Shown: positions 52,162 through 61,371 of the stretch, piece after piece
Position numbering within the stretch: position 1 is the stretch's first letter
Layout of the letters: each line of letters starts with the position of its first letter
DNA from: an uncultured delta proteobacterium
Lineage (GTDB): Bacteria; Myxococcota_A; Polyangia; Polyangiales; Polyangiaceae
Assembly (NCBI GenBank): GCA_963806225.1
Contig: CAWDXG010000004.1
Location: forward strand, 3,552,001 to 3,616,000
DNA length: 64,000 nucleotides
Direction of reading: 5' to 3'
Notes under the pieces: generated by a model
What the model was told of the DNA's origin: nothing
Database searches by the model: none
What the model saw: the letters and a program-made list of their open reading frames with translations, nothing else
Program-made: the position numbers and the translations under genes

Positions 52162-53220
52162 ATGAACGATCGTCTCGTCATCGAGAGCCCCCAGGGCACT
52201 ATCCGCTACGACGACAGCGTCGAGCACTTCGAAAATGGGGTACTGCGGCTACTCGGGCTCGACCGCGAGGCGTTCGAACACTGGCTACTGGTCAGCGAAG
52301 GCCAGCAGGGCAAGGACGTGCTGGAGAAGCTCGGCCGCGGCTTCGCGCGCCTCAGCCCCCTCGCCCGCACCGAGACGCTGCACACGGCCGAGGTGGAGCC
52401 GGGCCCCGGCGGCGAACGCGGCGCTATCTGGCATCCAACGATTGCGGAGAACCGTTCCTTCGGCGTGGCGCGTTCGGTGGACGGCGACCTGGGATGGCTG
52501 ATCCAGCTCTCGGGCGACCTGTGGCGGCGGGAGACCGAAGCGCCGGCGTACGAGGAGGACTACTTCGAAGGCAACAGAAACCAGGCGGGCGGCTACGGCG
52601 ACTACGGCGCCCAGCAGGACTGGCGGCTCGAGAAGGCCGCGCGACAGGTGCGGGAGCTAGGTGAAGCCACTGGCCTCCCGCGCGGCCGGGTGCTCGATGT
52701 CGGTAGCGGCTACGGCTACTTCCAGAAGGCGCTCTCGGACGCCGGCTTCGAGCACGACGGCCTGGAGCTCAGCCGCCACGCGCGCGAGGCGGCCAAAGCA
52801 CGCTTCGGCTTCGAAGCGCTCGATGGCACGCTTGAAAGCCACGCGACGGAGCTCGCCGGCCGCTACGACGCCGTCACGCTGTGGGACGTGCTCGAGCACG
52901 TCGCGGATCCGACGGCGCTTCTGATCGCGGCAGCACGCTGTCTGCGCCCGCGGGGTTTCGTGGCACTCAAGACGCCGAACATCCGCTGCCCGGAAGCGCG
53001 CGTGTTCGGTCCGCACTACCACTCGCTAAAGCGCGAGCACCTTGTCTACTTCACGGCCCGCTCGCTGGTCCGTGCTGCAGAGGGCGCGGGGCTCGAGCCG
53101 CGGCGTGTCACGAGCGTGTCGCACCTTCTCGTCGGTTTCCTCGGTGCCGACCGCACCGCGGAGCTCTCGGCGCGCAACGAAGGCGCGGATCTGGTCGCCT
53201 ACCTGCAGAAGCCTGCGTGA
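52162..53220 (+). CDS. Class I SAM-dependent methyltransferase
   Basis: VLDVGSGYG, YDAVTLWDVLEH, TPN, HLVYFT. Confidence 0.88.
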   Translation: MNDRLVIESPQGTIRYDDSVEHFENGVLRLLGLDREAFEHWLLVSEGQQGKDVLEKLGRGFARLSPLARTETLHTAEVEPGPGGERGAIWHPTIAENRSFGVARSVDGDLGWLIQLSGDLWRRETEAPAYEEDYFEGNRNQAGGYGDYGAQQDWRLEKAARQVRELGEATGLPRGRVLDVGSGYGYFQKALSDAGFEHDGLELSRHAREAAKARFGFEALDGTLESHATELAGRYDAVTLWDVLEHVADPTALLIAAARCLRPRGFVALKTPNIRCPEARVFGPHYHSLKREHLVYFTARSLVRAAEGAGLEPRRVTSVSHLLVGFLGADRTAELSARNEGADLVAYLQKPA

Positions 53221-53352
53221 GTTGACGCCCATCAAGCCGTACGCGATCGGGTGCGCGTTTAGGCGACATCTCCTGACATCCGTCATCTAGGCGGCGGCGG
53301 TCGAGGGACTACGGTCCCACGTGATCGCCGAGGGCGGCGACGCAGGGCCGCC

Positions 53353-54603
53353 ATGCCGACTCCCGATCGTTCGAACAGCAGTCCAGCACGCGTAGTTGTC
53401 ACCGGAGTGGGGCTGGTGACGGCGCTGGGCGCCAACGCCTCTTCCTCCTGGGAGGAGCTCGCCGCGGGGCATTCCGGTCTCCGCCGCATCACGAGCTTCG
53501 ACACACAGGGCGAGAAGGTGAGCGTGGCCGGCGAAGTGACGCCGGACATCGCCGAAGCACTCGCGGCTCGGCTGCCTCCCGACGTGCGGGGACGCACCGA
53601 GCGCTTCGTGCACTTCGCCTGCGCGGCGGCGGCTGAAGCGCTGGACTTCGCCGGACGACCGCACCTCGAGGCTCCCGGCCGCTTCGGAGTGTTCGCGGGC
53701 GTCGGCATCGGCGTGCCGCACCCCTCGGCGGGCTACAAGGTCGGCCCGACATCGATCATCAAGGTGATGCCGAACGGCGCGGCCGCCTGGATCTCGATCC
53801 TGGAACACCTCGAGGGTCCGAGCCTGGCCGTGAGCACCGCCTGCGCGTCGGGTGCTCACGCCATCGGGCTGGCGTTCGACCAGGTCCGCCTCGGGCGCGT
53901 AACCGGCATGCTCGCCGGCGGCGTCGACACGGTGATCACACGCGACGTGCTGCGCGCCTACGCCTGGATGCGCGCGCTAAATACCGCCCGTGACGAAGAG
54001 CCCTCCGCGATGTCGCGCCCCTTCGACGCGACCCGCCGCGGGTTCGTGCTGGGCGAAGGCGCCGGCTTCTTGATGCTGGAAGAGCGCGAGCACGCGCTCG
54101 CGCGTGGCGCACCCATTCTGGCGGAGATGCGCGGCTGGGGAGCGAGCTCCGATGCTCACAGCATCGTCGCAGTTGCGCCGGAGGGGCGCGGCATGGCTCG
54201 CGCGATGCAGCGCGCACTCGACGACGCCGGGCTGCCTTCTGAAGCGGTCGACTACATCAGCGCCCACGGCACCAGCACGAAGATGAACGACCGCGAAGAG
54301 ACCCGCGCGATCCACCAGGTCTTCGGAGCGCGCGCCCGGCAGCTCAGGGTCAGCTCGCAGAAGTCCATGCTGGGGCACGCCATGGGCGGCGCGGGCGGGA
54401 TCGAAGCGGCGGTAACGGTGCTGTCGATCGAAAAGCAGATCGCTACGCCCACCATCAACCTCGACACACCCGATCCCGAATGCGACCTCGACTATGTGCC
54501 GCACGTGGCGAAGAAGGGCACGATCCGGGCGGCGCTCAGCAATTCGTTCGGCTTCGGGGGCCACAACAGCGCGCTGGTATTCGCGCATCCCGAGGTCACG
54601 TGA
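53353..54603 (+). CDS. fabF: Beta-ketoacyl-ACP synthase II-like (stand-alone KS)
   Basis: VVVTGVG, STACASG, SRPFD..RRGFVLGEGAG, AHGTST, KSMLGH, SNSFGFGGHN (intact C-H-H triad). Confidence 0.88.
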   Translation: MPTPDRSNSSPARVVVTGVGLVTALGANASSSWEELAAGHSGLRRITSFDTQGEKVSVAGEVTPDIAEALAARLPPDVRGRTERFVHFACAAAAEALDFAGRPHLEAPGRFGVFAGVGIGVPHPSAGYKVGPTSIIKVMPNGAAAWISILEHLEGPSLAVSTACASGAHAIGLAFDQVRLGRVTGMLAGGVDTVITRDVLRAYAWMRALNTARDEEPSAMSRPFDATRRGFVLGEGAGFLMLEEREHALARGAPILAEMRGWGASSDAHSIVAVAPEGRGMARAMQRALDDAGLPSEAVDYISAHGTSTKMNDREETRAIHQVFGARARQLRVSSQKSMLGHAMGGAGGIEAAVTVLSIEKQIATPTINLDTPDPECDLDYVPHVAKKGTIRAALSNSFGFGGHNSALVFAHPEVT

Positions 54604-56294
54604 AGCCTTCCCTGCTCGTCAACGAAGCGTCCTTCTCGCTCGAAACCAACACGCTTCCGGAAGCGCTCGAACGCGCGGCGGCCGCTGGCGCGCATCTGTG
54701 GCTGGCCGCGAAGGACAAGGAAGCCGTCGAGCTGCCGATGCGCGATCTGCTCGAGCGCGCGAGTCGTTTGGCGCGGCACCTGTTGTCGCTGGGCATGAAG
54801 CCGGGCGAGCGCGCGGTCGTGATGCTGCCGACGAGCGAGGGCTGGCTGGCGGGGTTCTTCGGAACGCTGCTCGCTGGCGGGGTTGCCGTGCCTCTCGGGC
54901 CGAACCTGTCGTTTGGCGGGATGGATCGCTACGCGTCGACGGTGCGCGAGATCATGCGCGCAGCCGGAGCGCGCTTCCTGCTCGGCAATGACGCGATCGA
55001 GCCGCACCTGCCCGGGCTCCGCGCTCACGGCACGAGCCTCGAGCACTTCGTGCGGGCGGACCTGGCCCACGAGCTGCCGGTCGGCGCGGTCACGCTGCCT
55101 TCGCCCTCACCCGAAGCAACCGCGGTCATCCAGTACACGAGCGGCACGACCGGCACGCCCAAGGGCGTCATGCTGTCGCACCGCGCGCTGCTCGCCAACG
55201 CCTACATGATCGGTGAGCGCAGCGGCATGAGCCCGGCAGACGTGGGCGTCAGCTGGCTGCCGCTGTTCCACGACATGGGGCTGGTGGGTGCTCTGCTCAC
55301 TTCGCTGTACTGGCACTACCCGCTGCTCTTGATGCCGGTCGAGTCGTTCCTGCTCCAGCCGCGGCGCTGGATCACCTGGATGAGCAAGAAGCGCGCGACG
55401 CTCACGGTCGCGCCGAACTTCGCCTACCAGTTCGCGGTCGACCGCGTCGCCGAGCGTCACCTGGCGGGTCTGGACCTGTCCGCGTGGCGCAAGGCGTTCA
55501 ACGGCTCCGAGGCCGTTCGCCCGGGCACGCTGCGCGCGTTCACCGAACGTTTCGGACCGCTCGGCTTCGACGAGAGCGCATTCGAGCCGGTCTACGGCAT
55601 GGCCGAAAACGCGCTCGCCGCCACCTTCCCGGAGGCCGGCCGGCCCTGGCACACGGCCGAGCACGCGGGGCGCGAGCTCTGCTCGGTCGGCACGCCGCTG
55701 TCCGGCGTCAGCGTCGCGGTGGTGGACGAAAGCGGCCGTCCCGCAGAAGGCGGCGCCGCCGGCTCGATCCGTCTGTCCAGCCCATCGCTGATGGACGGCT
55801 ATTTCGAGAACGAGGCCGCCACGGCCGAGGTCCTGCAGCACGGCTGGCTCGACACCGGCGATATCGGCTTCATCCGCGACGGCGAGCTCTTCGTCACCGG
55901 GCGCAAGAAGGAGCTCATCATCAAGCGCGGTCGCAACTACACGCCCGACGAGCTGGAGAACGTCGCGCTCGAGGTCACGCGCGGCCGCGTGCTGCGCGCG
56001 GCGGCCTTCGGCGCGCCGGACGAACGCGAAGGCACCGAAAAGATCGTGCTCGTTCTCGAGACGCGCAAGAACACGGCCCACGAACGGGAGCTTCTGTCGC
56101 GCGACGTGAGCGGCGCGCTGGTGGCAGCGGTGGGCGTGGGACCGGACGTCACCGTGGTGGTGCCGCCGCACACCATCGAGCGCACCACGAGCGGCAAGCT
56201 CAGGCGCGCCGCGCTGCGCATTCGCTTTCTCGAGGGCAAGTTGCCGCAACACGAACAACCCGACGCCACCACCTCCCCCGAGGAGCCCGCTTGA
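54600..56294 (+). CDS. Fatty acyl-AMP ligase-like adenylating enzyme
   Basis: QYTSGTTGTPKGV, SWLPLFHDMGL, APNFAY, NGSEAV, YGMAE, DTGDIGF, GRKKELII.RGRNY, TTSGKLRR. Confidence 0.9.
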   Translation: MKPSLLVNEASFSLETNTLPEALERAAAAGAHLWLAAKDKEAVELPMRDLLERASRLARHLLSLGMKPGERAVVMLPTSEGWLAGFFGTLLAGGVAVPLGPNLSFGGMDRYASTVREIMRAAGARFLLGNDAIEPHLPGLRAHGTSLEHFVRADLAHELPVGAVTLPSPSPEATAVIQYTSGTTGTPKGVMLSHRALLANAYMIGERSGMSPADVGVSWLPLFHDMGLVGALLTSLYWHYPLLLMPVESFLLQPRRWITWMSKKRATLTVAPNFAYQFAVDRVAERHLAGLDLSAWRKAFNGSEAVRPGTLRAFTERFGPLGFDESAFEPVYGMAENALAATFPEAGRPWHTAEHAGRELCSVGTPLSGVSVAVVDESGRPAEGGAAGSIRLSSPSLMDGYFENEAATAEVLQHGWLDTGDIGFIRDGELFVTGRKKELIIKRGRNYTPDELENVALEVTRGRVLRAAAFGAPDEREGTEKIVLVLETRKNTAHERELLSRDVSGALVAAVGVGPDVTVVVPPHTIERTTSGKLRRAALRIRFLEGKLPQHEQPDATTSPEEPA

Positions 56295-57367
56295 AGGCTC
56301 TGGTCGTCGGCGGCACGGGCTTCGTGGGCATGAACGTCGCGCGGGCGCTGGTTGCCGCGGGGCACGACGTGGGTGCCACACGCCGCCCGCATGGCAACAC
56401 GCTGTTCGCGCGGCGACTAGGCGCTCGGCTGATCCATGTGGACCTGGACGACGCGGACTCGCTGACCGACGCGATGCGCGGACGCGAAGTTGTCTTCATG
56501 TGCGCCGGGCACTACCCGCGCTACTCGCTCGATCTCGATGCGGAGGTGCGCGTGGCGCGCGCTCGGGTGCGCAACACGCTGGATGCAGCGCGGCGCGCCG
56601 GCGTCCAGCGCTACGTACTGACCAGCTCGGTGGCCACAGTGGGGCCGCCAGCCCGGGGGCGGCTCCATTCCGGGGAGCAGGACCGCGCCGAACCCCGCTC
56701 GCTCCGCTCCGTCTACCACGCCGTCAAGGCTGCCATCGAGGACGAGGCCGCCGCAGCGTGCCGCGCCGGGCTCGACGTGGTCGTGCTCTGCCCGACCGCC
56801 ATCTTCGGCGAGCTCGATGTGAAGGCGGGGACCGGCTATCTCGTCGTCGCGCTCGGCAACGATGCAATGCCGTTCTACGTGGAAGGGCGCACCAACGTCG
56901 TCGACGCGGATGATCTCGCGCGCGCCCACATCCTCGCCGCCGAGCGGGGGCGCCCAGGCGAGCGCTACATCGTGGGCGGGCACAATCTCATGACCAGCGC
57001 GCTGATCGAGCACATCGCCGACACGCTGGGGGTCGCCCAGTCCGTGCAGCGGTTGCCCACGCGCCTGGCGGGCGTGGTGGCGACGCTGTCGGAGATGCGC
57101 GCCCAGGCCCTGAACAACGGACGCCGGCCCTTGATCTCCCGCGAGCTGGTGGACGTAGTGCGCTTCGGGCGCTGGGTCAGCACGGAAAAGGCGGAGCGCG
57201 AGCTCGGTCTTCCTGCACCCACCCCGCTCGACTCGACCCTAGACAAGGCGTGCCACTGGTACGTCCGTCATCGCTACGTGCGACCCCGACAAGGAGACCG
57301 CCATGACCATGTCCACACAACAGATCCAGACCGATGTCGAGACCATCATCCGGCGTATCCGTCCTGA
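56291..57367 (+). CDS. Extended SDR (HpnA/dihydroflavonol reductase-like)
   Basis: TTG start overlapping the FAAL stop; VVGGTGFVG, TSSVAT, YHAVK, CPTAIFG, GRPGERYI. Confidence 0.88.
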   Translation: MKALVVGGTGFVGMNVARALVAAGHDVGATRRPHGNTLFARRLGARLIHVDLDDADSLTDAMRGREVVFMCAGHYPRYSLDLDAEVRVARARVRNTLDAARRAGVQRYVLTSSVATVGPPARGRLHSGEQDRAEPRSLRSVYHAVKAAIEDEAAAACRAGLDVVVLCPTAIFGELDVKAGTGYLVVALGNDAMPFYVEGRTNVVDADDLARAHILAAERGRPGERYIVGGHNLMTSALIEHIADTLGVAQSVQRLPTRLAGVVATLSEMRAQALNNGRRPLISRELVDVVRFGRWVSTEKAERELGLPAPTPLDSTLDKACHWYVRHRYVRPRQGDRHDHVHTTDPDRCRDHHPAYPS

Positions 57368-57557
57368 TCTGCACGGCGCGATCCGCCCCGACGATCGCCT
57401 GCGCGACGACCTCGGCCTCGACTCGCTGCACTCGATGGAGCTGCTGTCGGAGGTGACGGAGAAGTACGAGATCAACGTCGACCCTGAAGACCTGCAGGAA
57501 GTCCGCACGGTCACCGATGTGGTCACTTTCCTGGCCGCGCTGCTGGATCAGCAGTGA
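57303..57557 (+). CDS. Acyl carrier protein
   Basis: AAGGAG RBS; DDLGLDSLHSMEL phosphopantetheine motif; acidic, ~83 aa. Confidence 0.93.
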   Translation: MTMSTQQIQTDVETIIRRIRPDLHGAIRPDDRLRDDLGLDSLHSMELLSEVTEKYEINVDPEDLQEVRTVTDVVTFLAALLDQQ

Positions 57558-58861
57558 TGAAGGTCCAGTTCATCTACCCGGCGTTCGAACGGCACGCCGA
57601 ATCGCATCCCGAGCTGCTCGAATACGTGCCCTGCGACGAGTACCTCGGCGGCGCAGGGCTCGGGATCGCCAGCATCGCCGCGGTGACACCGCCTGGAATC
57701 GAGATCGCCTACCACGACGATCGACTGGAGCCGTTTCCCGTCGAAAACTCCGATGCGGATCTGTACGCCCTGTCGTTCTTCACGCCCGCGGCCACACGTG
57801 CTTTCGAGCTCGCCGACCAGCTGCGCGCCGCCGGCAAGCGTACCGTCTGCGGCGGCATCTTTCCGTCGATGATGCCCGACGAGGCGCAGAAGCACTTCGA
57901 CGCGGTCGTGGTCGGCGAGGGCGAAGGTGCCTGGCTCGAGCTGCTCGACGATCTCGGGCGGGGCGAGCTCAAGCCTCGCTACCAGGCCAGCGCGCCGTTC
58001 GACATGGCCGCCCTGCCTCCGCCGCGCGTCGACCTCTACGTGGAGGGCGAATCCCCAACGCTCAAGCCGGACGACTATCCGCTGCAGCTTTCCCGCGGCT
58101 GTCCGCTCGCGTGCGACGCCTGCGTGCTGCCGGGCACGCTGGGCAAGAAGCTGCGCGTGGTGCCTCGCGAAACGGCGCGTACGGCGCTCGGCAATCTCCG
58201 GCGCCTCGGCAAGCGCGCGGCGCTCACCGAGGACACGTCCTTCTTCTTCTTCTCCGGGGCCCGTCGCCATTTCCGCGAGTTCCTCGAGGACCTGAAAGAA
58301 GACCCGCGCCCAAGCTACGACAAGGTGAGCTACGTGGGCATCAGCATGCCGATGCTGCTCGCGCTCGATCCGACGCTGCTCAGGGAGATGATCGACTCGG
58401 GCGTCGATCGCTTCTACCTGGTCGGCGGCTTCGACAAGATCACGCGTGAAGCCTTCGGCGAGGGGAACGCGAAACAGCTTGAACGGGCGGCGCGCTGCAT
58501 CGCCCGCTGCCACGAGTTCGGCATCGAGCCGTACATGTCGTTCCTGGTCGGCAACGACACCGACGACGAGGCCGTGTTCGACCGCATGCTCGACTTTTCG
58601 GCAAAGAACAACGTCGACAAGTGCGAGTTCGCCGTTTTCACGCCGTACCCCGGGACGCCTTCCTGGCAGCGCATGATTGCGGAAGAGCGCATCATCGACC
58701 GGAGCTGGAAGCACTACAACGACGCCAACGTCGTGTTCCGGCCGAAGCAGATGAGCGTAGAACGACTGCAGCGGGGCTACCTCGAGCTCTGGCGCGACTT
58801 CTACCGCGGTCGCGGAGAGCTCCGCGACCGCGAGCACCACGCCCGCACCATCCAGTTCTGA
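57557..58861 (+). CDS. B12-binding radical SAM enzyme
   Basis: B12-binding domain (ALSFFT..GGIFPS..DAVVVGEGE); SRGCPLACDAC; TPYPGTP..W.HY. Confidence 0.9.
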   Translation: MKVQFIYPAFERHAESHPELLEYVPCDEYLGGAGLGIASIAAVTPPGIEIAYHDDRLEPFPVENSDADLYALSFFTPAATRAFELADQLRAAGKRTVCGGIFPSMMPDEAQKHFDAVVVGEGEGAWLELLDDLGRGELKPRYQASAPFDMAALPPPRVDLYVEGESPTLKPDDYPLQLSRGCPLACDACVLPGTLGKKLRVVPRETARTALGNLRRLGKRAALTEDTSFFFFSGARRHFREFLEDLKEDPRPSYDKVSYVGISMPMLLALDPTLLREMIDSGVDRFYLVGGFDKITREAFGEGNAKQLERAARCIARCHEFGIEPYMSFLVGNDTDDEAVFDRMLDFSAKNNVDKCEFAVFTPYPGTPSWQRMIAEERIIDRSWKHYNDANVVFRPKQMSVERLQRGYLELWRDFYRGRGELRDREHHARTIQF

Positions 58862-60414
58862 TGGCCACCGATCCCTTCACCAGCGTAGTCCAGCACGCGG
58901 GCGATCTCGCGCCCCGCCTGGCGGTCGATGCCATCGAGGAGCGCGAGCTGCTGCCTGCCATGCTCTCGGAGGTGCGAAGCTTCTGTGCGTCCCACGTCGA
59001 CGGCGAGCGCATCGACCGCGAAGGCCGTCTCGGCGAGGAGTTGCTCGCCGGCGTCGTCGAGCGGGGCTGGTTCGGTCTCACGGTGCCGGAGCGCTTCGGC
59101 GGCGCGGGGCTAACGCTCGCTGCCGCGACGCGCGTCGTGACGGAGCTCGCCGGTCACAACGGCTCGCTGGGCACCTGCGTGGGGCTGCACTCGGGCCTCG
59201 CCATGCACGCGCTGCTCCACCTCGGAAGCGAGGAGCAGCAGGAACGCCACCTGCCGGGCGTCGCGGCGGGGCGCACCCTGCTCTCCTTCGCCGCCACCGA
59301 GCCGAACGCGGGCTCGGACATCTCGGCGGTACACACCACGCTGTCGGAAAGCGACGGCCGGCTCAAGCTCGACGGCTCCAAGTGCTTCGTCACCAACGGC
59401 GGGCTGTGCGGGCTGGTCACCGTGCTCGCCAGGAGCCCGGGGCTCGGCGGCGCGCGCGCCGGCCACACGCTGGTGCTCGTCGATCCGCGCTCGCCCGGCG
59501 TGAGCGTGAGCCGCGAGGAGCACAAGATGGGGCTCAAGGGCTCCTCCACCGTCTCGATCGACTTCGAGGGCGTGGAGCTCGCCCCCGAACAGGTGCTGGG
59601 CGAGCCGTCCCGCGGCCTGGACTACGCCCACCGGGCTCTGTGCTGGGGTCGCACGTTCATGGCAGCGGGCTGTCTGGGCAGTGCCCAGGCCGCGCTGGAC
59701 TCCGCGATTTCGCATACCCACGCCCGGGTGCAGTTCGGCCGCGAGCTGGCGCGCTTCCAGCTCGTGCGCGAAGCGCTGGCCTGCTCGCGCGCAGAGGTCT
59801 ACGCCATCCAGAGCACGCTTCGCCTCGTGTGCGCGCTGGGCGACAGCGGCGCCGGCGATCTGGCGCTGCCCTCCACGATGCTCAAGGTGCTGGCCTCCGA
59901 GGGCGCGTGGCGCGTGGTGGACAGCTCGCTGCAGCTGATGGGCGGTTCGGGCTACATCGAGGACTCGGGCATGGCGCGGCGCCTGCGCGACGTGCGGGTC
60001 ACCCGCATCTTCGAGGGCGCCAACGACGTGTTGCGCTTGAGCCTGGCTTCCGCGTCGCTCACCTGGCCGGCGGACGCGCTCGCCGAGCGGGAACCGGACG
60101 TTTTCGAGCCATTCCACCAGGAGGCCGAGCTGTTCCACGCGACGCTCGCCCAGGCTGCGTCCGCCCTGGCATCGCTCAAAAAGCGTTTCGGTTTCCGGCT
60201 GTTCGAGCAACAGGCAAGGTCGGCGCAGCTGGCCGAGGCGTGGATCGGTCTCTTCGCCGCCCTCGCCGTGCTGCTCCGCCCCACCGACGAGCCCTCGGTC
60301 GCGCGCCTCGCGGTGCGCCTCCAGCTCGACCGCGCCGCGCGCGCGGCAGAGGCCGCCATCGCCGACCGCGACGAGACGCTGACCGGGCTGCTGGACACGG
60401 CAGCGCGCGCCTGA
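58861..60414 (+). CDS. Acyl-CoA/acyl-ACP dehydrogenase with C-terminal extension
   Basis: FAATEPNAGSD, GSKCFVTNG, KMGLKGS, RVQFGR, QLMGGSGY, RIFEGAND. Confidence 0.92.
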   Translation: MATDPFTSVVQHAGDLAPRLAVDAIEERELLPAMLSEVRSFCASHVDGERIDREGRLGEELLAGVVERGWFGLTVPERFGGAGLTLAAATRVVTELAGHNGSLGTCVGLHSGLAMHALLHLGSEEQQERHLPGVAAGRTLLSFAATEPNAGSDISAVHTTLSESDGRLKLDGSKCFVTNGGLCGLVTVLARSPGLGGARAGHTLVLVDPRSPGVSVSREEHKMGLKGSSTVSIDFEGVELAPEQVLGEPSRGLDYAHRALCWGRTFMAAGCLGSAQAALDSAISHTHARVQFGRELARFQLVREALACSRAEVYAIQSTLRLVCALGDSGAGDLALPSTMLKVLASEGAWRVVDSSLQLMGGSGYIEDSGMARRLRDVRVTRIFEGANDVLRLSLASASLTWPADALAEREPDVFEPFHQEAELFHATLAQAASALASLKKRFGFRLFEQQARSAQLAEAWIGLFAALAVLLRPTDEPSVARLAVRLQLDRAARAAEAAIADRDETLTGLLDTAARA

Positions 60415-60480
60415 AGCCGCCGCGTTGGCCCGAACTATTGACTATTCACACAGCCGGGCGTCGGTGCGAAAATCGCAGGC

Positions 60481-61371
60481 GTGAGGCACTGGGGGAACAG
60501 GCGGGTGGACGTTGCCGTGATCGCAGCGCTGGTGCTGGCCGCGCTGCCGGCCTGCACTTCCAGCGGGAGTCCCTCGACAACGAAGGACGCCGGTACGGAC
60601 TCCAGCACCTGGGGAGCCAGCGACTGCGGGAACTGCGTAGAGTCGAGCTGCACGAGCGAAATCACCGATTGCACGGCCAATCCGGAGTGTGCGGCGAGGT
60701 TGTCCTGTCTGCGCGCTTGCCCTGTGGGCACAGACGGCAACGTGGACTCCAAATGCGAGACTAGCTGCCCAACACCGAACGGGTCGACGGGCCAGACCCT
60801 GGCCACCGCGCTCGATAGCTGCCGCCAGAGCGCGAGCTGCACGGCGTGTGGTGCGGCTCCCTCCGACGCCGGCGACGCGGGGTGCTCGATTGCGCTTCTG
60901 TGCGAGCAGTGCCCGGCGGCTCCCGATCCAGATCCATGCCTGCAGTGCCAACACGAGCATTGCTGCAACGCGTACGCGAACTGCGAAGCGGATAGTGCCT
61001 GTCACGCCTTCAGACAGTGCTGGCTCAGCGACTGCCCAGGCAGCTACACGGAAGCCCAGTGCATCGAGTTCTGCGACCAGAAGGCGCCCGGCGGCTACGC
61101 GAAATTCGCGCCGATCCTCGCGTGCGGCTACATGAGCTGCGCAAAGACCTGCTCCCTGCCGGCCTGCTACGATTGCTTGGCGCAGCACTGCGCCAAGGAG
61201 TTCGTCGCTTGCGAAGGTGACGAGAATTGCTTCCGCGCTTCCGAGTGCCTTGCAGCTTGCGGCTCGACGCAGAAGTGTCTTGACGACTGCGCGGCCAAGT
61301 ACCCGGGAAGTAGGGATGCGTTGCTTGCAGAGGGACAGTGCGCCAAGAATTATTGCGCCGGCAGCTGCTGA
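60481..61371 (+). CDS. Lipoprotein with three Cys-rich repeats
   Basis: Lipobox LPAC; 41 Cys in 296 aa arranged as three ~12-Cys modules. Confidence 0.8.
   Translation: MRHWGNRRVDVAVIAALVLAALPACTSSGSPSTTKDAGTDSSTWGASDCGNCVESSCTSEITDCTANPECAARLSCLRACPVGTDGNVDSKCETSCPTPNGSTGQTLATALDSCRQSASCTACGAAPSDAGDAGCSIALLCEQCPAAPDPDPCLQCQHEHCCNAYANCEADSACHAFRQCWLSDCPGSYTEAQCIEFCDQKAPGGYAKFAPILACGYMSCAKTCSLPACYDCLAQHCAKEFVACEGDENCFRASECLAACGSTQKCLDDCAAKYPGSRDALLAEGQCAKNYCAGSC

Noticed and set aside
57557..58861. Radical SAM as a RiPP maturase or hopanoid methylase
   Set aside because: No SPASM/RRE domain or precursor peptide and no hopanoid genes nearby; it is translationally coupled to ACP and ACAD.
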